From: a virus
Lineage: Duplodnaviria > Caudoviricetes
IMG/VR virus record: IMGVR_UViG_3300024231_000789
Location: 1-55,617 of that record
Length of the DNA: 55,617 nucleotides
Direction: 5' to 3' (one strand)
In this document: positions 9,901 through 19,711 of the stretch, piece after piece
How the letters are laid out: each line of letters starts with the position of its first letter
Position numbering within the stretch: position 1 is the stretch's first letter
Program-made: the position numbers and the translations under genes
The notes under the pieces: model-generated
Databases searched by the model: none
What the model saw: only the letters and a program-made list of their open reading frames with translations
Told to the model about the DNA's origin: nothing

Positions 9901-10242
9901 ATCGTCTTTATCTATAGCACTCTCACCAAATTGTGTGGCATCACTTGCACTGTTTAATTGATCTTCATCTACTAGTACACAGTCTATCCTAGTAGGCCCA
10001 GTATTTTGTATTGAGTGTATTTTTAAAACTCTACCTTGGCTTGTAGTTGCAATATAATCACCAACATTAATATCTCGTGCATCATACTGGCCTTTTATCA
10101 TTCCAGTAGTGCCGCTATGTAATTGGGCAGTTACATCAATACTTGCATTATATGTATAGACAAAACCATGCTTCACATCTAGAGGATCTAGTTGTGTTAG
10201 TCTTACTGACAACAGTTTAGGAGAGTCTATGACAATTCCCAT
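6943..10242 (-). CDS. Long repeat-containing fibre/structural protein
   Basis: 1099 aa; many F[SDN]G[DN]YxxLxN[KR]P repeats plus DLSxYVT and ASETYV repeats. Confidence 0.7.
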   Translation of the reverse strand: MGIVIDSPKLLSVRLTQLDPLDVKHGFVYTYNASIDVTAQLHSGTTGMIKGQYDARDINVGDYIATTSQGRVLKIHSIQNTGPTRIDCVLVDEDQLNSASDATQFGESAIDKDDGILFELREGKPYLFPLPDVLPGGLTQEFAIQILSRFNFASKDKNVTVEQDAHGFLVGETLSLTPTGWQPDETEPTGVVVKQDDDTFSVRLFGTKTYMELPGDLGTIYYWDNVDRMLTAQPSVNTGNKLFQKMSSTETLLLSGGSVPHDMATGPHFSGNYNDLKNKPIIPSDVSNLTDSNNLLNTVTNISQLTNDSDYTTKQYVDQQIASLDGDVDIDLQGYVTTVELNTAISNLPNAFSGDYDDLSNKPSLFNGQYSSLVGAPTVPADVKDLTDNDNLIFNRDYNALTNKPTIFDGDYNSLSNKPTIPDVSGLASETYVDDAIALSNAFSGDYNDLTNKPTIFDGNYNSLTNKPQLFDGNYNLLINKPEIPDKTSDLTNDSGFITTITMSHILNALGYTPADAASVFNGDYNSLANLPVLNDYITSTDLSDFRTESQILNLINSSISSGIDLDYNNLLNKPTIPSDVSQLTDTTNLLERFTGNYNDLSNKPNLSEFITETEIDSKIASAVTGGTVDLSNYVTDTELATAIAGVSGGNVDLSDYYTKTQVDALIPDVTGLASETYVQTQIAQASLGGGVDLSTYVTDTELATELGNLDVSDLTDTNGLLGGGGGSGSVDLTGYATETFVNQQVAAASIGGIANLDDLSDVAVGSLPQSANASEHYLLEYNPVTSLWESNDFGSIFATQSYVSATVATALTDGEINLDGYATEQFVEQKLVERGNHFSGNYFDLANRPQLFSGSYLDLTNVPTRKEYTLTSNGSSLSLIETEADPDQVVATIDFADLGIGFSGDYSDLTNRPSLFSGNYDDLNNKPYIPSIAGLSTEAYVDNRWAEPTITGDRFYTDDIEYQATVNQKTSIVSHVANKRDLVIAIQTTDATEVEALLEGGTPIAIEDNTTAKFSVTYVATSGTDHTSFVVSGIISRTGGNITLIGNNNTIITADSGTSWTGSIVANATNNSLKINVQGTANNTVDWTIFVEIIEVIR

Positions 10243-10243
10243 A

Positions 10244-11023
10244 TTACATTACCACATTTATTAATGCATGTCCGTTCGCATCAGCACCTGTAGCTGCTGT
10301 ATTAACTTTAATTGTAAACACCGTTGTAAGTGTCTCAGGTGTTGTCTTAACAATATATGTAGCTGTAGGAAATCTCATACGATATTCATTTGTCTGCGCA
10401 TCATATCCCATGTATACAACACTTTTGACACTGCGACCAAATCCGTGTACAAATGTTATATCTGTACCGTTTACTGTAGCTGTAACGCCTGCTGGTAAAT
10501 TATCAATTGTTGTTGGCTCACCATTACTATCAAAATTAATTTGAGATGTCCAAGATGAACTATTTGATAGTGCTGCACCATCTAATTCTAATGTAATATC
10601 ATTTGCTGTTTCGTTTGCAGTAATACCTGATCCAGTTTTAATAGTTTTGAACTCTAATCTGTTATTGGCAAACTGTTTAAAAATTTTATTTCCGTCACTT
10701 ACTAAGTTGACAGCATCTGTAACAACTGGTTGGCTCGAGCTACCATTGTTAAGTAAATATGTGTTTGTAGTTCCTTGCGGAATATCATCTGTAGTCAGAT
10801 TTTCTAGCTTATGTATTAATAAACTAATATTTGATTCTGTTGTATCAATTCTACGTTCTGTCTTTGCACCTAAAAATACATATTGTTCTGCTTGAACTTC
10901 TGATAACGAATTTACTTCAACAAGGTTTCCCGCAACCTCATCGTATACATAAATCTTATCATGTTCTAATTTAAAGTCTGCATTTGCGCCTGATTTGATA
11001 CGTGTCACTCTTGTATTTGGCAT
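10244..11023 (-). CDS. Putative virion structural protein
   Basis: TTDDIPQGTTNTY and LEFKTIKTGSGI motifs typical of fibre-associated proteins; in an operon with the fibre gene. Confidence 0.55.
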   Translation of the reverse strand: MPNTRVTRIKSGANADFKLEHDKIYVYDEVAGNLVEVNSLSEVQAEQYVFLGAKTERRIDTTESNISLLIHKLENLTTDDIPQGTTNTYLLNNGSSSQPVVTDAVNLVSDGNKIFKQFANNRLEFKTIKTGSGITANETANDITLELDGAALSNSSSWTSQINFDSNGEPTTIDNLPAGVTATVNGTDITFVHGFGRSVKSVVYMGYDAQTNEYRMRFPTATYIVKTTPETLTTVFTIKVNTAATGADANGHALINVVM

Positions 11024-11850
11024 TAAATGTCTCCTAGTGTAATAATTTCAATAATATCATCTTCTAGAATAAAACCTGATTGGAAAATAATTTTATTATT
11101 TTCTACAATATATTCTTGTTGATGTATTTTAACTCTGTTTACAAATACTTCTAGGAAATACTCTAATATTGGTAACAGGTTATTTTGTTGATCTAAAAAT
11201 TCATAATTCCCTTGATTTGCTACGCCCGATACTCTTTTACTATGAACTAGTTTAACATCTGTTTCATTTGTAATTGTATCAATGTGCAATTCATCTTCTT
11301 CTGTTACATCATAGAACACAATGCTATTGGCATCTGTAAATGTATATTCTGCAGGGTTTACTCTGCGTCCATTACGATATACAATTGTGTAGTTTTCATT
11401 TAGTTCTATAAATTCATTATTGTGTATTTTTCTAAACTGGTATTCGTGGCCTGGCCCTGGGCCTGCTAGTACTACTTGGCTGCTTTTTAGCTCCCCAGTA
11501 AATCCATCTGGACCTCCTAGTTTTGAAGCAATACTTGCATTTACGCTAATTACGAGAGAATCACCATCGTTACTTGGCTGTATGTCAATTAAGTTTCCTG
11601 ATTTAAGTGTACGTAATTCAATATCATTACCATTTACACCATCACCATTAAGTATGGTTTGACCCTTTACATTACTTGTAATACCTGTAATGTATAGTTT
11701 GCCCGTAAGTTTGTCAGCGGCAACACTGTTGACGAACATTTTTTTACTGTCATCATATACAAGAATATCGCCTTCGCCAATTGAATTGTCTAGACGTATA
11801 TCAGGTAAAGGTAGTGAACTAATCCCACCACTAAATGCTTTAATTGCCAC
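11023..11850 (-). CDS. Putative virion structural protein
   Basis: GTG start with GAGGAG RBS; GDILVYD motif; two V[YF]xN..(x)EY repeat modules. Confidence 0.55.
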   Translation of the reverse strand: MAIKAFSGGISSLPLPDIRLDNSIGEGDILVYDDSKKMFVNSVAADKLTGKLYITGITSNVKGQTILNGDGVNGNDIELRTLKSGNLIDIQPSNDGDSLVISVNASIASKLGGPDGFTGELKSSQVVLAGPGPGHEYQFRKIHNNEFIELNENYTIVYRNGRRVNPAEYTFTDANSIVFYDVTEEDELHIDTITNETDVKLVHSKRVSGVANQGNYEFLDQQNNLLPILEYFLEVFVNRVKIHQQEYIVENNKIIFQSGFILEDDIIEIITLGDI

Positions 11851-11877
11851 GTTTTATCTCCTCGTTTGTGTATTTAT

Positions 11878-12249
11878 TTAGATTAAAAGAACTGCCTTAT
11901 CTAGTATACCATGCGTAATTGCATCATAAGAACCTGCTGCTAGGTAGTCTCTGTCTACTCTAACTCTAAGGTAAACAAAGTTTCCTTGGAAGGTAGTGCC
12001 TACTGTGGCAGTTTGATTTGTAAATTCTAGATATGAAGTTTCCTGGTCTAGTTCAATTATGAACCAGTCACTATCTGTAGGTGTTTCCATTAATGTAGCT
12101 TCTAAATAAATTTTTCCTGTAAAGTTGGAAACATGAAAGCTCATAGTTTGCAGTCCATCTGCATAACCATAATAACCGTCACCTTTGACACTTTCACTGG
12201 TGTATGATAATTCGTTTTGATTTGTTAAAACTATAACTGCGTTAGACAT
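11878..12249 (-). CDS. Conserved phage hypothetical protein (possibly structural)
   Basis: KGDGYYG..DGLQT...GNFVYLR; start taken as the ATG at 12249. Confidence 0.6.
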   Translation of the reverse strand: MSNAVIVLTNQNELSYTSESVKGDGYYGYADGLQTMSFHVSNFTGKIYLEATLMETPTDSDWFIIELDQETSYLEFTNQTATVGTTFQGNFVYLRVRVDRDYLAAGSYDAITHGILDKAVLLI

Positions 12250-12409
12250 CTTTACCAACTTCCACTAATACATTACCGCCAGCAAGTTCTTTAATAACTT
12301 CCTCAAGCTGACTAATAACTTCAGAGCTTAGAAGCTCACCAGGAGTATCTGAGTCACGTATAAGTTTACTCACTTTGACAACCATAATAGTTTCATTTAG
12401 CTTTGCCAT
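12242..12409 (-). CDS. Small hypothetical protein (55 aa, not in the ORF track)
   Basis: MAKLNETIMVVKVSKLIRD...VEVGKDV*; AGGAGAG RBS; ATAAATA upstream. Confidence 0.7.
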   Translation of the reverse strand: MAKLNETIMVVKVSKLIRDSDTPGELLSSEVISQLEEVIKELAGGNVLVEVGKDV

Positions 12410-12451
12410 ATTTCTCTCCTTTAATATAATAGTATTTATGCTATTTGGAGA

Positions 12452-13147
12452 TTATATTTCACTTAATAAAACTACCTTGTCTATATCGAATAATAAATCT
12501 GATTGGTATCTTAATTTGTAAAGCATAATAGATGCTTCATCATTTGTATAGAATGTAGGTAAATTTACAGTTCTATTTGGTGCGGCAGTTACATGATATG
12601 GCCAAGAATTATTTTTTAGATAAGATATATCAAAACGTCCATTTGTATAAACTATTCTGCTATCAGTAAAGGTATCATGTATAACATCAGCTGCTTCCTG
12701 TAATATTTCATTACTAGGCATACTTCTTTTGTTACGTCTGTAAAGATAATTACTTATGGGCTTTACTCTAAATTTATATTTTTTATAAAACAAACTATCT
12801 CTGTACAGTACATTTTCATCAAACTTTAATAATTCCTGCCTTTGCTCTAAATTTTTAGGAGTACATATTTCCTTAATATAAATTTGATATTCTGGTCTAT
12901 CAATTAAGTAGTTAATAAGTTTTTCACTATTTGTATATACTCTAAATTCAAAAGATCCCAACGCATGCGCCAACTGTCTAACTTTTTTATATTGGTTATC
13001 AAATAAATTAGGCAATGTAAGACGTTCTACATTTCCACCAAAATCATAAAAAGATAATCCTCCCAATGTAATCTTGGCGACATATTTACCATAATATCCC
13101 TTGTGTGATAAACGCCACGCAGGATGAGATGTAATATTTTTATCCAT
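12452..13147 (-). CDS. Hypothetical protein
   Basis: Long ORF; start taken as the ATG at 13147, overlapping the clpA stop. Confidence 0.6.
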   Translation of the reverse strand: MDKNITSHPAWRLSHKGYYGKYVAKITLGGLSFYDFGGNVERLTLPNLFDNQYKKVRQLAHALGSFEFRVYTNSEKLINYLIDRPEYQIYIKEICTPKNLEQRQELLKFDENVLYRDSLFYKKYKFRVKPISNYLYRRNKRSMPSNEILQEAADVIHDTFTDSRIVYTNGRFDISYLKNNSWPYHVTAAPNRTVNLPTFYTNDEASIMLYKLRYQSDLLFDIDKVVLLSEI

Positions 13148-15425
13148 TTCTAATAAAAACTTCTTCCTTTGTTTTATCATAATCTACTCTAAGGGTGTAT
13201 GCTTTAGGATGATCCAGCATAAACCTTGCCATTGGTAGTTTTACTCTTTGATTAATTAAACGTGCTAATGGCCTTGCTCCCATAGTAGGGTCAAATCCTT
13301 TATCTTTTAACATCTCTTTTAAATTAGAAGTCCATTCAATTGCTACATGTCTATCTTGTACATATGTTTCAATCTCTTTTAAGAACTTATCAATAATGTT
13401 TGGCATCTCTTGTTCACTTAAAGAGTTAAACTTAACTATGCCATCAAGTCTGTTTCTAAATTCTGGAGCAAAGAAATTATTAATTGCACTTTCTACTGCT
13501 CTGTGATTAAATGTTTCTTCATTAAATCCAATACTTTTAATAGTTGCATCCTTTGCACCAAGGTTACTTGTCATAACTATGATAGCATTTTTAGCACTTA
13601 CAATTTTACCTGTACTTGATGTAATTGTTCCCTCATCTAACAAGGATAAAAGAACACTCATAAGATCTGGATGTGCTTTTTCTACTTCATCCATTAACAA
13701 GACACAATTTGGATTGTCCTCTAAATTACTAATAAGCAACCCGTCACCTGCCTTACCATCGCCATGTCCGACATAGCCTGGAGGAGAACCAATTAGTTTT
13801 GATACTGTATGACTTTCTTGATATTCTGCCATGTCATATCGAATAAGTTTCATCTTCATACTTTCTGACAGTCGTTTTGCAAGTTCTGTTTTACCTACAC
13901 CAGTAGGACCAGTAAATAGATAGCTTGCAACAGGCTTTTGTGGATCTTTAAGTCCTGCAAGTGAAACTGTGATAGCGTCTGTTACTGTGTCGATTGCTTC
14001 CTGTTGGCCAAAAACTTTAGACATTAAGTGTTGCTTAACATTATCATACTTTGTACTTGAGCTTTGATCATCTTGTTTACCTAAGTGTTCTATAGGAATA
14101 CCCACAAGGCTTGAAATCTCTTCTTTAATCATATCCTCAGTAATTAGACTTACCCGCATTTCTGCTGGCTGTATACGATTCTTAGCACACGCTCTATCAA
14201 TAAGATCAAATGCTTTATCAGGCAGTTGCTTATTAAAAATATACTGGTTACTTAACTCTACAGCTAGACCTGATACACCTTCTTCAAAGTCAACATCATG
14301 GAAACTGCCATAAGTTTCTAAAGTTGCATTAAGTATTTCCTTTGCCTCTTCAACACTAGGCTCATTTACTGTAACTTTTGTAAACCTTCGTGCTAACGCA
14401 CTTTCCTTTTCAATAATTTTCCTATATTCTTCGTCTGTTGTGGCACCAATAACTTTTAACTTACCACTACTTAATGCTGGCTTCAACATGTTACCTGCAT
14501 CCATACTACCACTACTACTACCTGCACCAATTAATGTATGTATTTCGTCAATAAAAAGAATAATGTCTGGTGTACTTTCCAATGCTTCTGCTAATTGTTT
14601 CATACGCTCTTCGAAGTCACCTCTGTATTTTGTACCTGCAACTAATTTGCCCATGTCCAATTCATAAACAGTATCTCCCACAATTGTATCTGGTACTGAT
14701 TCTTCTACTACTAGTTTCGCTAATCCTTGTACAATTGCAGTTTTTCCTACGCCACTAGGACCTGCAAGTATTACATTGCTTTTCTTCTTACGTGCAAGTG
14801 TTTGTACAACTTCTGCCAGCTCATCACGTCTACCAATTACATCGTCAAAATCCTGACTTTCAGCATTTAGATCTTTACAAAAAGACTTGATAACATCTAT
14901 ATTATTTTTTTGTACTTTAGTTTGTTGCTGTTGTTGGGGGATAGTATTAGGTCCATATGATCCACTAATATGTTGCTTATAAAAATCCGTTGCTGTATCT
15001 GTTTCAGACTCTGACATCCATTTAATAACTTTTGTTTTACTCAGTCCCATTTGATCACAAAAATTTGCACTTATAGATTTATCTTCACTTAAAATACTTA
15101 ACACCAGGTCTAGCTGATTAATTACACGTTTGCCCTGGAACAATGCTTGTGTAAGAGCTCTATTAAATACTCTCTCTAGCATTTGTGTTTTTCTAGGAGA
15201 TGGTTCCTCAATAGGATTAGTGACAAGCTCTTTGCAATCATGTTCTAGAAACTGCACTAGAGCCACCTGTAGTCCTTCATGATCCGCCGCAATTTCCAAA
15301 CACATATTTCTTATTTGCGGATCATCAAGCACCACTGCTGTCAAGTGCTCTATAGTCAAATAATCATGTTTAAATTTTTTAGCCAAATCTATAGCAGTAA
15401 GTAAAATTTGTTCAATATCAGTCAT
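13140..15425 (-). CDS. clpA: ATP-dependent Clp protease ATP-binding subunit ClpA
   Basis: Clp-N domain, two AAA+ modules (GPSGVGKT/IDEIH; GPTGVGKT/MDEVEKAH), GSPPGYVG, IGF ClpP-docking loop, no ClpB middle domain. Confidence 0.93.
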   Translation of the reverse strand: MTDIEQILLTAIDLAKKFKHDYLTIEHLTAVVLDDPQIRNMCLEIAADHEGLQVALVQFLEHDCKELVTNPIEEPSPRKTQMLERVFNRALTQALFQGKRVINQLDLVLSILSEDKSISANFCDQMGLSKTKVIKWMSESETDTATDFYKQHISGSYGPNTIPQQQQQTKVQKNNIDVIKSFCKDLNAESQDFDDVIGRRDELAEVVQTLARKKKSNVILAGPSGVGKTAIVQGLAKLVVEESVPDTIVGDTVYELDMGKLVAGTKYRGDFEERMKQLAEALESTPDIILFIDEIHTLIGAGSSSGSMDAGNMLKPALSSGKLKVIGATTDEEYRKIIEKESALARRFTKVTVNEPSVEEAKEILNATLETYGSFHDVDFEEGVSGLAVELSNQYIFNKQLPDKAFDLIDRACAKNRIQPAEMRVSLITEDMIKEEISSLVGIPIEHLGKQDDQSSSTKYDNVKQHLMSKVFGQQEAIDTVTDAITVSLAGLKDPQKPVASYLFTGPTGVGKTELAKRLSESMKMKLIRYDMAEYQESHTVSKLIGSPPGYVGHGDGKAGDGLLISNLEDNPNCVLLMDEVEKAHPDLMSVLLSLLDEGTITSSTGKIVSAKNAIIVMTSNLGAKDATIKSIGFNEETFNHRAVESAINNFFAPEFRNRLDGIVKFNSLSEQEMPNIIDKFLKEIETYVQDRHVAIEWTSNLKEMLKDKGFDPTMGARPLARLINQRVKLPMARFMLDHPKAYTLRVDYDKTKEEVFIRNG

Positions 15426-16104
15426 TTCTTAACCTTGTTATAAAACTTTCTAAGTTTTCTTCTGTCAGTATTGGTATGTTAACATCCACATGGATTACCA
15501 AATTACCACGTTTCTTTGTTTTTCTGTCATACAGTCCTTCATTAAGTACTGTAATTATATTTGTGTCTTTCATTATGTCCAATGGTATTTCAACTTCTAT
15601 GTAATTGCCTGTTGGTCCAAGTATAATAAAAGGACGTCTCTTTAATAAATTGATAAAGTCTAACTTTTTATATGTAGCTAGATGAAGTCCACGTCTTGTA
15701 TATTCTGGGTGGCTCAGTTCCTTTATGTTTATAATATATTTGTTCTTGCCGTCTCTGATATAAAATTTGTCATCTTTGAGGGCTCCTGGAGGTACACTTA
15801 CATTAATATATACTTCTTCCCCATCAATGTCAACAGATATAATTTCATTTAGTCCATGTACTTGTTGATGAATACTAAGGCTTAAATTAACCATTTTTGT
15901 ATCTGGAGCGTTTACAACAGGCACATGCTTTTTGTTCATTATAGCCTCGTATGCAGTACTAATTGATAGCCATTGCTTTATCGTACCGCCGCTGTCTGGA
16001 TGATATCTTTTTGCAAGTGTTTTATAGGCAGACTTTATATCCTGCATACTTGCATTGGGTCGAATTTTTAATATGTCCCAAGGGTTATTATTGTTCTTTT
16101 TCAT
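15418..16104 (-). CDS. DnaJ/CbpA-like J-domain protein
   Basis: IKSAYKTLAKRYHPD J-domain; degenerate DnaJ C-terminal domain (RGNLVIHVDV). Confidence 0.85.
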   Translation of the reverse strand: MKKNNNNPWDILKIRPNASMQDIKSAYKTLAKRYHPDSGGTIKQWLSISTAYEAIMNKKHVPVVNAPDTKMVNLSLSIHQQVHGLNEIISVDIDGEEVYINVSVPPGALKDDKFYIRDGKNKYIINIKELSHPEYTRRGLHLATYKKLDFINLLKRRPFIILGPTGNYIEVEIPLDIMKDTNIITVLNEGLYDRKTKKRGNLVIHVDVNIPILTEENLESFITRLRND

Positions 16105-16444
16105 AGTATTGTTTATAGGCTGTTATTACTGCATTTTGCTGCTTTACAAGCTTCAATAAGTCAGTAACATTTAAAGTTAGTGCTTCGTAACCTTTTTCGT
16201 CTACAGCAAATACTACGATTTGTTTGTTTTCGTTCTTCAGTTCTTCAAAAACATCTTCTACATTATCAGGGGTTAGTACAATCCAGTTCAATGGACGTTG
16301 AGAGAATCTATCTACACTTGGAAGTTCCAAATTTGGTTTTTCCAATGGTGCTGATTTTATCGCTATAGATTGGGGTACACTAGAACAACTAGTTAGAACC
16401 ATCATTGATAGCATTAACGCAAGTAATATACTTGGCTTGTGCAT
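16088..16444 (-). CDS. Outer-membrane spanin (Rz1-like lipoprotein)
   Basis: Signal peptide with lipobox LTSC; Pro-rich; overlaps the 3' end of an i-spanin-like gene; AGGAG 6 nt before the ATG at 16444. Confidence 0.7.
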   Translation of the reverse strand: MHKPSILLALMLSMMVLTSCSSVPQSIAIKSAPLEKPNLELPSVDRFSQRPLNWIVLTPDNVEDVFEELKNENKQIVVFAVDEKGYEALTLNVTDLLKLVKQQNAVITAYKQYYEKEQ

Positions 16445-16856
16445 CTTCATCTCCTACTTCTGCTCCTGTTAATATTTCAAAGCATCTAAACAACTCTGTT
16501 GTACCTTTATTTAACACTTTTTCAATGTACTCAGGATCTTCAATTGCACGTTCTCCTACTGACATATCTCTACCGTCAGTACCTTGTCCAAATAATTTTT
16601 CTACATCCTCGACCTGTTTGCGAGCAGCTTCAAATTCTATTGTGAGTGTGTTAAATGCTTTTTGCATATTCTGCAAATCTTTTGCAAGTGCTTGGTTAGC
16701 TTCTGCTTGGATTGCAATAGCACCTTCCAGTTTTCCTTGATTTTCTGCATAGGTACGTAATGCTTTCTGTGTGTCCATATAATACCAATAAGCAACACCA
16801 GCAAACGCTGCGAAAGCTGCAAACATGATTAAATATACTTTAATTTTAGCAAACAT
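16389..16856 (-). CDS. Inner-membrane spanin (Rz-like)
   Basis: Single N-terminal TM helix, coiled coil, C-terminal Cys residues. Confidence 0.7.
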   Translation of the reverse strand: MFAKIKVYLIMFAAFAAFAGVAYWYYMDTQKALRTYAENQGKLEGAIAIQAEANQALAKDLQNMQKAFNTLTIEFEAARKQVEDVEKLFGQGTDGRDMSVGERAIEDPEYIEKVLNKGTTELFRCFEILTGAEVGDEDAQAKYITCVNAINDGSN

Positions 16857-17075
16857 TTACTTATACCTAAATACTATTCTTCCCTTTGTTAAATCATAGG
16901 GAGTCATTTCCAAATCTACTTTATCTCCTGAAAGGATTTTAATTTTATTTTTACGGATTTTACCGCTAACTATTCCTAATACAGTAACACCATTTTCTAG
17001 TTCTACTTTAAATGTAGCACCGGGCATACACTCTTTAATTATTCCTGTTACACTGATAGGTTCTTCTTTAGCCAT
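16857..17075 (-). CDS. infA: Translation initiation factor IF-1
   Basis: MAKEEPI...F.VELENG...[36 protein letters not shown], 72 aa; true start is the ATG at 17075. Confidence 0.95.
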   Translation of the reverse strand: MAKEEPISVTGIIKECMPGATFKVELENGVTVLGIVSGKIRKNKIKILSGDKVDLEMTPYDLTKGRIVFRYK

Positions 17076-17082
17076 ACTGTAT

Positions 17083-17823
17083 TTATATAAACTTTGGCAC
17101 AATAAAGTTTTCTGAAAACAGACTATGTGAAGACAAATTTGGATGCCAATCATCAAGAAATTCTAAATTATTTTCTTTACACCAATCAACTAAACATTCG
17201 TCAATATAGTCTACCCCATACATATCAAATGCTTTTTTACATTTGGTCCAACGTTCAATAGTTTTTTTTGCAGATGCGCCTGGCCACCATCTATCTGTAT
17301 CGTCAGCAAGAGCACCTGTCCATCCTCTAAACACAAAAACATTCACTCCTGCTGCTGATAACATACAAAGTTTACTTACTACTCTTGTTAGTAATATATC
17401 AGAGTCATGTGTCTGTCTTTGATTTGTCTTTAAATCGTAGTATTTGCCAGTCCATACTGTAGTTTTTTTACTACCAAAATAGCAATCATTTTTTTGCCAA
17501 CGCCCGTCAGGTCCGCCTCCAACAGGCATCATATCTTTTGGATCTAAAGTTATATTATTTCTAGATAAAATATCATCACTATATATACCACCGGTTCTAG
17601 TAATTCCAGTAAGTTGGTATGCTATTGTGGTATTTTTTAAATCATTTGTTAACATATATTGATCAAGATAATCAAGTAACTGTTGGTTCCCACCTCCATT
17701 AAATGAGAATTGTATATGTTTATCCGGACATAAGTGTTCTTTAAGTTTTTTTGCCCATGACGTAGGTTGTCCGTTTAAATATGGAGTTAGACTACATCCA
17801 AGTGTTATTAAAGTTTTGGTCAT
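17083..17823 (-). CDS. SGNH/GDSL-like hypothetical protein
   Basis: GCSLT, GGGN and C-terminal DDWHP motifs. Confidence 0.5.
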   Translation of the reverse strand: MTKTLITLGCSLTPYLNGQPTSWAKKLKEHLCPDKHIQFSFNGGGNQQLLDYLDQYMLTNDLKNTTIAYQLTGITRTGGIYSDDILSRNNITLDPKDMMPVGGGPDGRWQKNDCYFGSKKTTVWTGKYYDLKTNQRQTHDSDILLTRVVSKLCMLSAAGVNVFVFRGWTGALADDTDRWWPGASAKKTIERWTKCKKAFDMYGVDYIDECLVDWCKENNLEFLDDWHPNLSSHSLFSENFIVPKFI

Positions 17824-18299
17824 TAATATTCGTTTAGGAATTTAATACGTTCTGAAATTTCTTGGGCTTGTTTATTATATGTTTTTACATAATCTAAACT
17901 ACTATCTATAACTCTACTACTAAAATTTTCCTTACTCCAAGGAGTAGGTGTAGTGTTTTTATAACTAGTAAATTTAAAGTCACAACAATTGTTATCGACT
18001 CTTTCAACATCTTTAAGTATTTTTTCAATATTGAAAAAAAGTTTACTATCTCTGTCTAGTTCGACAAATACATTGTATTTTCCATTTTTGTTTGGTCCTT
18101 GGCTGATGTCTACATCTAAGAAATCATGTCCTGTTTCTAAAAACATACTTAAATCTTTAGCAGGGTCTTTATCCATTACCTCGAATGCAACCACAACAAC
18201 ATTTTCATCAGAACCAATTTTACTTTTAAATTGATCTATACTAATTGTGTCTGTGATAAGACTATTGAGATCGTTATTTTGTATTCCTTCATTCAGCAT
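17823..18299 (-). CDS. Conserved phage hypothetical protein
   Basis: 158 aa ORF coupled to its neighbours. Confidence 0.65.
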   Translation of the reverse strand: MLNEGIQNNDLNSLITDTISIDQFKSKIGSDENVVVVAFEVMDKDPAKDLSMFLETGHDFLDVDISQGPNKNGKYNVFVELDRDSKLFFNIEKILKDVERVDNNCCDFKFTSYKNTTPTPWSKENFSSRVIDSSLDYVKTYNKQAQEISERIKFLNEY

Positions 18300-18819
18300 C
18301 TTGAATATTTTCCTCGTCTGTTAAACCTTGGTCATATGCTTTTGTTACTGCATCACTGTCTACATCTTGTCTCTCAACACCAACAGCTGCATCTGCATAC
18401 CCGTCCATAAACTTACGTGGTAGTTCTATTGTTACTAACCATACTGGAGTTTCAACTCTCTTTGCACGTGCTTGGCCTGGTCTCATACCATCTGCACCGT
18501 CTCGAGTATCACTATCATCAGGAGTCATTAATTTTGCGGCACTTACTAAAATGTCTTTTGCATAGTAAACTTTGCAATTATTCTTAAGAAGTCTCTCTGC
18601 ACCTTCAGGATCTGGCATAAGTTTTTGAGGGTACATAAGAGTTACTGTTACCCAATATCTATCTATATGTGGTCCTTCTACAATTTCGCCTTCTATCCAA
18701 TTTTTGTAAGCATAGATGTTAAGATTGTCTAATACTCGCTCCATATCCATTAAAGTGTCCAATGCACTTTTTTTACTAATATTTTGTTTTAGAGTATCTA
18801 AAATATAATTTTGATCCAT
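18289..18819 (-). CDS. Conserved phage hypothetical protein
   Basis: 176 aa; YAYKNW..GE...GP...RYW...MPDP; TATAAATA upstream. Confidence 0.65.
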   Translation of the reverse strand: MDQNYILDTLKQNISKKSALDTLMDMERVLDNLNIYAYKNWIEGEIVEGPHIDRYWVTVTLMYPQKLMPDPEGAERLLKNNCKVYYAKDILVSAAKLMTPDDSDTRDGADGMRPGQARAKRVETPVWLVTIELPRKFMDGYADAAVGVERQDVDSDAVTKAYDQGLTDEENIQDAE

Positions 18820-18947
18820 TTGACTTTTCCTTATAGTATTATTTATACATTTTATGTATGTGTAGTTAATAGCAGTTATTCTTTAGTAAATACATACGAG
18901 CAGGCAAACAGTCTAACAAGAATAACAACCTATGAATAGGAGTAAAC

Positions 18948-19685
18948 ATGGCTAAAAGAGCTCAAACAACAAAAAAACAAAGGCATCAACAAGAACAAAG
19001 CGATGTCATTTCAGTAAAAAATTATAAAAGACGTGATAAACACGTACAAATCATACCCAAAAGCATTGCTCAAGAAGAATATCTCGATCTTCTTGAAAAC
19101 GATAACATCAACATTGCATTTGCAATGGGACCTGCAGGTACAGGTAAAACAATGCTAGGAGTTTTAGCGGCAATTAATGCACTAAAAACGGGACAATGTG
19201 ATAAACTGGTTATAACAAGACCCGCAGTCAGCGTTGATGAACAACATGGTTTCCTGCCAGGAACTCTAGTAGAAAAAATGGCACCATGGACAAGACCAAT
19301 ATTTGATGTAATGGAGGAATATTGGTCACCACAGCAAATTGAATTTATGGTTGGTGACAATGTTATTGAAATTGCACCATTAGCCTACATGCGTGGACGT
19401 ACATTTAAAAATGCGTGGATTATTGCAGATGAAATGCAAAACGCCACACCTAGTCAAATGAAAATGCTACTTACACGTATTGGTGAGAATAGTAAAATTG
19501 TTGTGACAGGAGACCTTGCACAACATGATAGAGGTTATGAGAACAATGGACTCAAGGACTTCTGTAATTTGCTAAAAAGTAAAAGAAGTAGCATGATTGG
19601 AGTCGTTGAATTCAGCAAGAGAGATGTCGAAAGACATCCTGCTGTAAGTGAAGTATTAGACATATACGGTGACGAAGATATTTAA
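18948..19685 (+). CDS. phoH: PhoH family ATPase
   Basis: GPAGTGKT, ITRPAV, GFLPG, PLAYMRGRTF, DEMQN, LTRIG, GDLAQ. Confidence 0.95.
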   Translation: MAKRAQTTKKQRHQQEQSDVISVKNYKRRDKHVQIIPKSIAQEEYLDLLENDNINIAFAMGPAGTGKTMLGVLAAINALKTGQCDKLVITRPAVSVDEQHGFLPGTLVEKMAPWTRPIFDVMEEYWSPQQIEFMVGDNVIEIAPLAYMRGRTFKNAWIIADEMQNATPSQMKMLLTRIGENSKIVVTGDLAQHDRGYENNGLKDFCNLLKSKRSSMIGVVEFSKRDVERHPAVSEVLDIYGDEDI

Positions 19686-19711
19686 AACAGTGACTTAAAG
19701 AGTTTGCCTGC

